DNA of 64,000 bases. Origin: Candidatus Zhuqueibacterota bacterium. GTDB lineage: Bacteria > Zhuqueibacterota > Zhuqueibacteria > Thermofontimicrobiales > Thermofontimicrobiaceae. A program made the position numbers and the translations under genes. Below the pieces are notes generated by a model that saw only the letters and a list, made by a program, of their open reading frames with translations, searched no databases and was not told where the DNA came from. Numbering within the stretch: position 1 is the first letter of the stretch; every line of letters starts with the position of its first letter. Below are positions 50,901 to 59,500 of the stretch, one piece after another. The DNA lies in NCBI GenBank assembly GCA_049322915.1, contig JBMOPW010000030.1, forward strand, positions 1 to 64,000, in the 5' to 3' direction.

Positions 50901-52081
50901 CCGGCGATGGCGCGGATGCGCCCGGGAAAATGCCCGGCCTGGATTACGTCAGGATCACCGTCGAAGATACCGGCATCGGTATTCCGCGGCAGCATCTGGA
51001 GAAAATCTTCGACCGCTTCTATCAGGTGACCGGGAAGGACGACAGCCGTCAGGGCGAAACCTGCACTCACGAGCACGAAGGCACCGACATTGGCCTGTCG
51101 CTCACCAAAGAACTGGTGGAACTGCATCACGGCTTCATTCAGGTCAGCAGCGCCATACACGTCGGAACCACGTTCACCATTTTCCTGCCAATGGGCCAGT
51201 CTCATTTGACGCAGGAAGAACTTCGTCCAGGAGAAAGTCCCCACGAAGCGCCGCTGGAACAAGGCGCGGAAATTCTGGAGAGCCAGCCGGCGTCGGTTGA
51301 CTCGCTCGATGCATCTCCTCGAAAAAAATTACCCATCATATTAATCGTCGAGGACAATGCCGATCTGCGGGTATATTTACGGGATTGCCTACGCGGCAAG
51401 TATCGCATAATGGAAGCCATCGATGGCGAGCAGGGGCTGAGCTGCGCCGTCGAGAGGATTCCGGATTTGATTGTCAGCGATGTGATGATGCCCCGAATGG
51501 ACGGATTCGAGTTGTGCCGGCGGGTGAAATCCGACGAGCGAACCAGCCATATCCCATTTCTGCTGCTCACCGCCCGGGCGTCCTCTGAAAGTAAAATCAT
51601 GGGGTTGGAATTGGGAGCGGACGATTATCTCATCAAGCCGTTCGAAATGGCAGAACTGCAAACCCGCGTGAAAAATCTGATCGAACAGCGCCGGCAGTTG
51701 CGGGAGAAATTCAGCCGCAACATCTTTTTGCAGCCGAGCGAAATCGCCGTCACGTCGTACGACCAGCAATTCTTGCAGCATGTCATGAACCTGATCGAGC
51801 AAAACATCACCAGGCCCGAGTTTAATGTCACCGCTCTGACGCAATTGGTCGGCATGAGTCGTATGCAACTGCACCGTAAAATCCACGCCCTGACCAACCT
51901 CACCACGTCCGCATTCATCCGCTCCCTGCGCCTGAAACGCGCTGCGGATTTGCTGCGCCAGCGCGCCGACAATATCTCCCAGGTCGCCTACGATGTGGGA
52001 TTCAATAATCCATCGTATTTTGCGGAATGCTTCAGACAACAATTCGGCGTGCTGCCGTCGGAATACAAAATCGAATCATGA
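47939..52081 (+). CDS. Hybrid two-component sensor/regulator (Reg_prop propellers, Y_Y_Y, HisKA, HATPase, REC, AraC HTH)
   Basis: EDxxGxLWIGT repeats; YTNVPPGSYEF; SHEFRTPL; SDVMMP; VAYDVGFNNPSYF. Confidence 0.93.
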   Translation: MKKIALIVILLFQITSTNDSHAQITDLYLEYVSSKFPTLSGSAHIIQDRYGFMWFGSRSGLQKFDGYQVVVYRHNPADSLSLSSNFITAMVEDPHEGLWIGTVSGLNRLDVASGKFQRFHHDPGNPNSLSHDYITCLRFDETGILWIGTQQGGLNEMRIWDRNNFDSVSVSRHTHRPEDSFSVSDNYIRFILDDTRHDDHLLWIGTANGLNRFDKKTRTFTRYFHDPGDSTSLASNDLYSIHQDEQGDLWIGACEGWLTQLHRTSDGKFRFRHDRLGEVQKIYSITRDKYDNLWLSTMHHGLYRFNKSTRRIEHIEGDKFQHIDVSYPYTTCFDHTGALWIGTWPHLLKHDPNRKQFRTVAIDPPLNIWSMAIASIAEDDHNSLWIATTYRGILKFNLHRGELSDFAPDSSSQRYLSSRFATSILKDHTGAFWVSTFRGLNRYDPGRDRFVSYFWDADRPDNPDNLLSNYLYCLHEDHQGAIWIGSSRGVSRLDQNRRQFRHYLNRPEQINAIGHYIGAIHQDRAGIFWIGGKGLFQLNPETGQFSRYFANPNDSSGAITAMVFDIVEDSRGFLWVATQNGLYRLHPNQPTIHFTEKNGLPNRYVTGILEDDQGILWISTRTWLTRYDPDTQQFQWFDFRNEFYEQSRFKGKDGALYFGMAKALLSFHPNAIRDNPHKPPVWISNFRVFDKPVTFDRPIPALKEIRLSYRENFFTLDFVALNYTESGNNQYKYQLVGVDPEWVSCGDRRSASYTNVPPGSYEFNVQASNNDGVWNETGASVRIFISPPWWQSDIAYACFVFLVLAAMYGLRQFELRRSQTRNELKMRRFESQKLQEVDRMKSRFFANISHEFRTPLTLILGPLNNLLVRTKNQRLHRELTIMQRNARRLQRLINQLLDLSKIEAGKMKLQARQEDLSALVFRIVQSFESQAKLKEIELTCFSDPAGILVFVDQEKIENIFYNLLSNAIKFTPHGGKVHVRMSLSPTSAGDGADAPGKMPGLDYVRITVEDTGIGIPRQHLEKIFDRFYQVTGKDDSRQGETCTHEHEGTDIGLSLTKELVELHHGFIQVSSAIHVGTTFTIFLPMGQSHLTQEELRPGESPHEAPLEQGAEILESQPASVDSLDASPRKKLPIILIVEDNADLRVYLRDCLRGKYRIMEAIDGEQGLSCAVERIPDLIVSDVMMPRMDGFELCRRVKSDERTSHIPFLLLTARASSESKIMGLELGADDYLIKPFEMAELQTRVKNLIEQRRQLREKFSRNIFLQPSEIAVTSYDQQFLQHVMNLIEQNITRPEFNVTALTQLVGMSRMQLHRKIHALTNLTTSAFIRSLRLKRAADLLRQRADNISQVAYDVGFNNPSYFAECFRQQFGVLPSEYKIES
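51984..52065 (+). repeat. Direct repeat B, copy 1 (3' end of the hybrid kinase AraC domain)
   Basis: 78/82 identical to 52596-52677. Confidence 0.95.
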
Positions 52082-52102
52082 TAAAGTTGTTTGAATTATA
52101 TC

Positions 52103-52131
52103 TTGACTTTAAAATGAAAATGGCCTATATT
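52103..52131 (+). promoter_or_regulatory. Putative sigma70 promoter of hicBA
   Basis: TTGACT-N17-TATATT. Confidence 0.65.
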
Positions 52132-52159
52132 TTTAATGACTTTGATTTCAGGAGAAACG

Positions 52160-52387
52160 ATGATGCAAGAAGAATTAACTGCTGTATTTCAAAAATCACC
52201 CTATGGTTTTATTGGTTACGTACAGGAACTTCCTGGCGCCAATAGCCAGGGGAAAACTCTGGAAGAAACAAAAAAGAATCTGATTGAAGCGATACATCTG
52301 GTGCTGGACGCGAATCGGCTGCTTGCCGAAGAAGAACTTTCCGGGCGGGAGCATTTAAAAGAAGCATTGGGAACGATTACGGTTTGA
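52160..52387 (+). CDS. hicB: HicB family antitoxin (short, no DNA-binding domain)
   Basis: GFIGYVQELPGANSQGKTLEET..NL.EAI.LVL.ANR; AGGAG RBS. Confidence 0.88.
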   Translation: MMQEELTAVFQKSPYGFIGYVQELPGANSQGKTLEETKKNLIEAIHLVLDANRLLAEEELSGREHLKEALGTITV

Positions 52388-52620
52388 AGCGCAGCGATTT
52401 AATCCGATATATTGAATCCTATGGATGCGAATTCCTGCGTGAAGGTGGAAATCATACGGTTTATGTGAACCGGGCTGATAAAAAGGTTTCTACTATTCCT
52501 CGACATCGTGAAATTGATAATAATCTATTTCTAAAGATATGCAAGGATCTTGGCATTCCCGGCCATAAAAGTTGGCGCCAGGAGGATCGACCCAATCGCC
52601 TGCGATGTGGAATTCAATAA
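52384..52620 (+). CDS. hicA: HicA family mRNA interferase toxin
   Basis: MKRSDLIR...GC..LREGGNHTVY.N...STIPRHREI...ICKDLGIP. The start overlaps the hicB stop. Confidence 0.88.
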   Translation: MKRSDLIRYIESYGCEFLREGGNHTVYVNRADKKVSTIPRHREIDNNLFLKICKDLGIPGHKSWRQEDRPNRLRCGIQ

Positions 52621-52677
52621 TCCATCCTATTTTGCGGAATGCTTCAGACAACAGTTCGGCGTGCTGCCGTCGGAATA
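52596..52677 (+). repeat. Direct repeat B, copy 2 (orphan AraC tail)
   Basis: Reads ACDVEFNNPSYFAECFRQQFGVLPSEY, then IAREN*. Confidence 0.95.
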
Positions 52678-52795
52678 TATTGCCAGAGAGAATTGAGCCG
52701 CTGCCCCTGAAAATAACGCTTGCCTTTTGTCCTGCGGATTCTTATTTTTACCACGCTAACGGACACTTTTTCCAAAATGACATTTTTGATCAAAT

Positions 52796-52919
52796 TGTCA
52801 TGCCCGAATGCCATGTCCAGCTTCCATTAAATTTATAAAGGATGACAGACTGGGCTTCTATCGGGCATCCATTTGAAAATATTTTGGGAGATTCCCGCCA
52901 AAAACATGCGGGAATGACA
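52796..52919. repeat. REP-like palindromic element (GTCAT...ATGAC type)
   Basis: TGTCATGCCCGA...TCGGGCATCCA followed by GATTCCCGC-N9-GCGGGAATGACA. Confidence 0.7.
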
Positions 52920-53025
52920 GCTCTACCGAACATAATTTGAAAACGGTCCGGTAGTGAAATTTTTACATGCATTGAAATCCACTCCCCCATTTTACCGGGT
53001 AAATATCCGTGAGGAAAGCGCTGCA

Positions 53026-53790
53026 TTGGAACAATTAGAAGGAAAAATCTCGGTCGAGGCGGCGCTCACAATGCGCCAGCGCAAGATTTCGATCATCATC
53101 ATTCGGTCGGGCATGCATGCCGCGATCCTTCAGCCCATCGTCGAAGCGGCGGAGACGCAGTCGATTCCGATCAAATACGTGTCGCGCCAGGAAATCGACG
53201 CCATGGCTCACGGCAAAACTCACGGCGGGATCATTGCGCTGGCCGCGGCCAAGCCTCCACTTGCCATCGATTCGCTGCTCGACGCGCTCAAAACGCGGTC
53301 CACCCCATCCGCGCTCCTGCTGTTGGAGGGCATCGATGACGCTCAGAATTTCGGTTTCACGCTGCGATCCGCCGAAGCGCTGGGCATTGACGCTGTGCTG
53401 CTGAAAAAACATGTCTGGGATTTCGACGGCGCTGCCATCTCGCGCGCATCGTCCGGAGCGTTCGAGCGGATGCCCTGCGCGCTGCTCGATCAGAGCGAGA
53501 AAATTCTGCCGAAATTCAAATCGATCGGATTTCAAATCATCGGCTGCATTGCCAATGCCAAACGGGCCATGTACGAAGCGGATCTCACGCAGCCGGTGAT
53601 CATAGCCATCGGCGGCGAGAAACGCGGACTCTCGGCTGCCGTGCGCTCTCAGTGCAATACCTTCATCAAAATTCCCATGAAATCAGCGACCGGTTCTCTT
53701 TCGTTGAGCCATTCGGCCAGCATCATCATGGCGGAATTGATGCGGCAGCGATTCGGCGCGGAAAAATTACCCCCGGCTATTGTCCCCTGA
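53026..53790 (+). CDS. TrmH/RlmB family SPOUT RNA methyltransferase
   Basis: LEGKISVEAAL, THGGIIA, LEGIDDAQNFG..LRSA, IGGEKRGLS, IPM...SLSLS. TTG start is tentative. Confidence 0.88.
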   Translation: MEQLEGKISVEAALTMRQRKISIIIIRSGMHAAILQPIVEAAETQSIPIKYVSRQEIDAMAHGKTHGGIIALAAAKPPLAIDSLLDALKTRSTPSALLLLEGIDDAQNFGFTLRSAEALGIDAVLLKKHVWDFDGAAISRASSGAFERMPCALLDQSEKILPKFKSIGFQIIGCIANAKRAMYEADLTQPVIIAIGGEKRGLSAAVRSQCNTFIKIPMKSATGSLSLSHSASIIMAELMRQRFGAEKLPPAIVP

Positions 53791-53879
53791 TTCGCGCGCG
53801 GTTCCCTGTGGATCAATGATAGCGGCGACGGCCATTGCCCCATGGCTCATGATTAAAAACTGAACCTCAGAGGGCCGCC

Positions 53880-56027
53880 CTAATTCTCCGAATTCCCGGC
53901 AATGTGAAAGAACTGCTCGCGGTACAACTGCGAATACAATCCCCCCTGATCCAGCAACTGCTGATGGCTGCCCATTTCCTCGATGCTGCCTTTATTGATC
54001 ACCACAATCCGGTTAGCGCTGATCACCGTGGACAACCGATGGGCGATGATGATGGATGTTCGGCCCTTCAGCAGGACGTTGAGCGCGTCCTGGATGAGAT
54101 GTTCGGATCTGGAATCCAGCGCTGACGTGGCTTCATCCAGAATGAGGATGCGGGGATCTTTGAGAAACGCGCGCGCAATGGCCAGCCGCTGTCGTTGTCC
54201 CCCGGAAAGTCTGGAGCCGCGCTCCCCTATTTCAGTCCACAAACCCTCGCTCATGCTTTCCACAAATTCCAGGGCATTGGCTGCGACCAGCGCGCGTTCC
54301 AGATCCTGCGGCGTGGCTTTGGGATTCGCCAAAAGCAGATTCTCGCGCACCGTGCCGGTGAAGAAAATCGTGTCCTGGCTGACAATGCCGATGTGCGACC
54401 GGAGGCTATTCAACTTCATCGTCCGCAAATCGATGCCATCCAGTCGAATCACGCCGGACGTCGGGTCGTAAAATCGCGGCACCAGATTGGCCAGCGTGGA
54501 TTTGCCGGACCCGCTCGGCCCGACAAAGGCGATGGATTCACCGGAATCGATTCGAAAGGTGATGTCATTCAGCACGGGATTATTCGGCTCGTAGCCGAAC
54601 TGGACATGATCGAACTCAATGCTGCCCCTGACCGAGTCGATGGATTTCGCATCCGGGCGCTCCACCACATGGGCATGGATATCGAAGTACTCGAAAATTC
54701 GCTCGATCGCGGCCACGGAGTTGGCCAGCACCACATTGAGATCGGAGAGTCGCTGCATCGGCGCGTAGAACATTCCCAGATACAGCAGAAACTGCGTCAA
54801 CTCCCCCACTGTCAGATGCCCGTTCAAAATTTCACGCGTGCCATAGAACAGCACCAGCGCCGGCGCCGACAGGATCACGAAGCCGACAAGAATCTCGTTC
54901 AACGCCGCGAATTGAATGGACTTGAGAATTTTGCTGTACAGTTTATCGGCCTGCGACTGAAACGCCCGCAGCTCCTGCATTTCCCGCGTGAAGCTTTTCA
55001 CAATGGCCACGCCGGCGATTTTCTCCTGCAAACCGCCGGACAGAATTTCCACGCGTTGCTGCACTTCGCGGCTGGCCATTTTGATGCGTCGACCGACGAT
55101 GCGGATGGAAAAGAGGAAAATCGGCATCAGCGCCAGCGAGACCAGCGTCAGCAGCGGATGGATATGGGTCAACACCACGGCCAGCACCACCAGCAAAATG
55201 CTGTCCATCCACACATTGGTCAGGGCCGAGCCGACGAAGTTTTGCGCCTGAGCAATGTCATTCACCACGCGCGAAACAATGGCCCCGGTCTGATGCTTGG
55301 CAAAGAATTGATGGGACAATCGCTGCACATGGTTGAACAGGGCAACGCGCAAATCCCGGATCAAACTGTGCCCGGCAACAGCAGTGAAAATACTCCGGGC
55401 ATACGTCACCGCCATCCAGCAGAGATTGGCCAGCAGCACCGTGCCCACAAGATGCATGAGACGCCGGGATTTCGCCGCCAGATCCAGAGCCGGGTCGGCG
55501 ATCACCTCATCCAATACAATGCGTAATATCTGGGGAAAAATGAGCGGAATTAAAAATTTGACAATCCCCGCGCTCGTCGCAATCAGGATGAAATACCAGT
55601 AGGGCTTCACATAGCTCAAAAATCGCCACAGGGGATTATAATTTTTCTCGCGTATTCTGTACGCGTCCGTGATGGTGTCGCCAAATGCATCTCTCACGCC
55701 AACGATGCGGGAGGGATTAATATCGGTCTCCGCGTAAAAGGATTGCGATTGCAGCAGCAGCCGACCTTTCTCACCAATGCTCGCCGGGATGCGAACTTCA
55801 GGGATCGGGCTTGGCTCCAGAATATCCTCATCGATATTCAGCACCAGGATTTTGTAGTCATTGACATTCGATTCCGGATAATTCTGAAAATCGAATATCA
55901 TTCCCTCCAAAATGAGCTCGATGTACTTCCAGTTATTGAAGACAAAAAACCGCTTTTCGGACCGCTTCAATCCCTCGGCAAGATACCGTGAGACATGTTC
56001 ACTTTCCGTTATATGGTACACAATCAT
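53880..56027 (-). CDS. ABC exporter (MsbA/Sav1866-like, TMD+NBD) with an extra ~125-aa N-terminal domain
   Basis: Six TM segments, GPSGSGKST Walker A, LSGGQRQR signature, LILDEATSALD, IAHRLST. Confidence 0.92.
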   Translation of the reverse strand: MIVYHITESEHVSRYLAEGLKRSEKRFFVFNNWKYIELILEGMIFDFQNYPESNVNDYKILVLNIDEDILEPSPIPEVRIPASIGEKGRLLLQSQSFYAETDINPSRIVGVRDAFGDTITDAYRIREKNYNPLWRFLSYVKPYWYFILIATSAGIVKFLIPLIFPQILRIVLDEVIADPALDLAAKSRRLMHLVGTVLLANLCWMAVTYARSIFTAVAGHSLIRDLRVALFNHVQRLSHQFFAKHQTGAIVSRVVNDIAQAQNFVGSALTNVWMDSILLVVLAVVLTHIHPLLTLVSLALMPIFLFSIRIVGRRIKMASREVQQRVEILSGGLQEKIAGVAIVKSFTREMQELRAFQSQADKLYSKILKSIQFAALNEILVGFVILSAPALVLFYGTREILNGHLTVGELTQFLLYLGMFYAPMQRLSDLNVVLANSVAAIERIFEYFDIHAHVVERPDAKSIDSVRGSIEFDHVQFGYEPNNPVLNDITFRIDSGESIAFVGPSGSGKSTLANLVPRFYDPTSGVIRLDGIDLRTMKLNSLRSHIGIVSQDTIFFTGTVRENLLLANPKATPQDLERALVAANALEFVESMSEGLWTEIGERGSRLSGGQRQRLAIARAFLKDPRILILDEATSALDSRSEHLIQDALNVLLKGRTSIIIAHRLSTVISANRIVVINKGSIEEMGSHQQLLDQGGLYSQLYREQFFHIAGNSEN

Positions 56028-56258
56028 GATGGACGATTCCTCAATTTATCGTTCTAAGAAAATAACACTTTTATTCTAAAAATCAAGGGATATTCTCGCT
56101 GAATTTCACCGATGCAGCCATACCCTCACTGTCCGTTGCATTAAAATGTCGGAGCCAACAGGACCGAACACTGCGACAGCCAGCGCCAGTTCATTTATGC
56201 ACGGCTCTGGTTCGCTGTTTGCGAAGGCATAGTCGGCCAATTTTTTTTTGCCGGGAGA

Positions 56259-56286
56259 TGTTACATTTGTTGCATTTTTTGTTACA
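56259..56286 (+). promoter_or_regulatory. Putative AraC-type operator
   Basis: TGTTACA at 56259 and 56280 (21-bp period), TGTTGCA between them, TATATT at 56317. Confidence 0.5.
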
Positions 56287-56335
56287 TGGCTGGTAGATAA
56301 TGCCGCCGCTTTTTTGTATATTAACTCTCGGTAAA

Positions 56336-56493
56336 AAATCTCAAAATCCAAAAACTAAAAATCAAACAATATTAGAATCAGAAGTTCTCAAATTCAAAAC
56401 GAAAACACTCACCAATGTAGCTCCCTGCATTTGAGATTTGAAATTTTGTTTTTGATTATTATTTGTGATTTGGATTTTGAGATTTGGGATTTT
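56336..56493. repeat. Heptamer-built inverted-repeat element in a 5' UTR
   Basis: Perfect 17-bp inverted repeat AAATCTCAAAATCCAAA (56336) / TTTGGATTTTGAGATTT (56469-56485), with degenerate 7-mer units inside. Confidence 0.75.
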
Positions 56494-56545
56494 ACAGCCT
56501 ATAACACAACAGAATCAACACAAACCAATCAAATGGAGGTGTACC

Positions 56546-59500
56546 ATGTCCCGATCTATTTTACTATTCGGTTTAATTCTATTCATGTTTGGGGCAGTAA
56601 CAGCCGGGACCATCAAAGTCCCCGGCGACCAGCCCACCATTCAGGCCGGCATTAACGCCGCCACCAACGGCGATACCGTGCTGGTCGCGGATGGCACCTA
56701 TTTCGAGAACATCAACTTCAAAGGCAAGGCCATCACCGTCGCCAGCTATTTTTTTGTCGATAACGACACGACGCACATCAACAACACCATCATCGATGGC
56801 AGCCAGCCCAGCCACGCGGACACTGGCTCGGTTGTATTATTCATTTCCGGAGAGGATACCACTTCAATACTTTATGGATTTACCATTACCAATGGAAGCG
56901 GTTCTGTAATTGCTGAACGCAGGCGAGGCGGAGGAATTTGCATTTTTAACTCTGGCGCAACAATTGTGCATAACAAGGTTATTGCTAACTCCATAACCCA
57001 TAATCAGGAATGCCACGGTGGAGGTATTGCCGCCACTTGCGATACGACTTTCGGTAGAATCTTTGTTCAAATTATCGGGAATACCATAACCCATAATCAG
57101 GCCATATCATCCCAATCCCTTTACGGTGGGTTTGGCGGCGGTGTCGATATTGCTGTTAGCAATGTTCTTCTGACGAGTAATGTAATCAGCCATAATAAGG
57201 TGAGCGCTGGGGATTATTGTTACTGTTATGGGGCCGGAGTGAGAATTGAGGGTTCTACAGAAATCAGCCTAGTGACGGATAATATCATATCGTTCAATAC
57301 ACCAATAAATGGGCAGTGTTATGGTGGAGGACTGCTAGCTGGTAGTAATGATCTAACCATCAAAGGAAATTTATTTGAGGGAAATAACAGCGAGGAGGGA
57401 GGTGGGATATTCTATAACTCTACCGGAGGCGTTATTTCCCATAACACATTTGTTAATAACCATTCCTATGCTGGAGGTGGTATTAAAGTTAACAGTTCAG
57501 AAGAAGGCGACATTTTTGGCAACAAATTTATTGGTAATACGACCGATGGTCGTGGAGGAGGCATTTGCATATCCTTCTGTTCTCCTCATATCTATAACAA
57601 CATTATCGCCCAAAATAGAACCTCCGGTTTCGGGGGAGGTATTTATATAGGTGAATACTTCTGCGGCCCTCAGATTATCAATAACATCATTGTGGATAAC
57701 ACTGCAAACACTGGCGGAGGTATCTATACAGAATTGTCCTGGCCAATAGTGATGAATACAATTTTGTGGGGAAACGTTGCCGCAACTGATCCGCAGATTT
57801 ATATTTGTGATAATGATAGGGACTTTCCAAAAACTCAAGTAGTCTATTCCGATATTCAGGGCGGCTGGGCAGGCACAGGGAACATCAATACCGATCCGTT
57901 ATTTGCCGATACTCTGTTTCATCTCTCCGATGCCAGCCCCTGCATTGGCGCGGGCGCCAGTTCCTTCACCTTTACCGGTGGGATCATTTGCCAGGCGCCG
58001 GTGACTGACTTTGCCGGACAGACTCGGCCTGACCCGACTGGCAGCAAGCCGGACATTGGCGCATTCGAAGTCCCGCGCGCGGCGCCGGAACGCCCGACGC
58101 TTTGCGAAGTCCCTACCGATTACGCTACTATTCAGGCGGGAATTGAAGCTTCCACCACCGGCGATACGGTTTTGGTATGCGAGGGCACGTACTACGAAAA
58201 TATCAACTTCAGAGGCAAGGCCATTGCCGTCGCCAGCCTGTTCATTATGGAAGGCGACACTAACCACATTAACAATACAACCATTAACGGCAGCCGACCC
58301 AGCGATCCGAACAAAGGCTCGGTGGTGAGTTTTGTTACCGGGGAGGATACGACCTCGGTGATTTGCGGGTTTACGATTACAGGCGGGACGGGTACTATGT
58401 TTGATGCGACCTATCGCGTAGGCGGAGGAATTTATTGTAAAACTTCCGGCGCCCGCATTTCCCATAATAAAATAGTCAGTAACACAATAAATCATACTGC
58501 AGATTGTGATGGCGGCGGAGTTGGCTATTGGCCGCATATAAACTCAAGTGCGCGTTTTGTTATCATTGAAGACAATGTGGTAGAATCAAATTCAATCACT
58601 TCATCGAATGGAGAAAGCTATCTGAATGGCGGTGGAATTCATATTGTTAAAGGAAGAGTGACCGGAAACACCATCCGATATAACTCGGTTGGCGGGCAGC
58701 CAATTTTTGCCGGAGGTGGCGGAATTTCTGCAACCTGTGAAAATAATGCCAATAGAACAACGGTTGTAATTACTGGAAACACGATCACCCACAATCGAGC
58801 GACAACACCTGGTTATTATGGCGGTTGGGGAGCAGGCATCGATGTTGTTATGTGTCATGTTCAGATATTGGACAACATCATTACTCATAATGAGGCAGGG
58901 GGAGACTATGGGATGGGAGCCGGGATCAGATTATGGGGATCAAAAGCAATCAGCATTATTAAAAACAATACCATTTCATTTAACTCTGTGACTGCGCCTG
59001 GAGCTGGCGGCGGAATTGAATTAGACCAGACCCAGGGTGTTCAGGTTATTGGAAACTGGATTGAATCTAACAACGGCTCTTTAGGAGGAGGCGGCATCGA
59101 CGAGAGCCGCTGTCCGACAGGAAATATCATGGATGGAAATTTCATTAAAGACAATTTGGGCGGAGAGCAGGGCGGTGGAATCTGGGCCATGAATGCTAAA
59201 CTCGTCAACAACGTCATTGTCGAAAACGAGGCGCGTCGGGGTGGTGGAATTTTTTACTATTTCAATCCTACGTTGACTTCGTCAGTGACGCAAATAATTA
59301 ACAATACCATAACTAAAAATGTAGCGGATACAGCCGGCGGCATTGCCATATACAATGCAAATGCAGTTGTGATGAACACCATCTGCTGGGGCAATACGGC
59401 GCCGCATGGCCAGGAAATTGAAGTGTGGGGAGGTTCCCTGAATGCTGCCCATTCAGATATTCAACTCGGCGCGGCCGGCATAGTGATCGATTCCCCCGCC

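Noticed and set aside
51984..52677. Duplicated gene 3' ends as a diversity-generating retroelement VR/TR pair (also 33931/46324)
   Set aside because: The mismatches are not confined to adenines of either copy, and there is no reverse transcriptase or Avd gene in the window.
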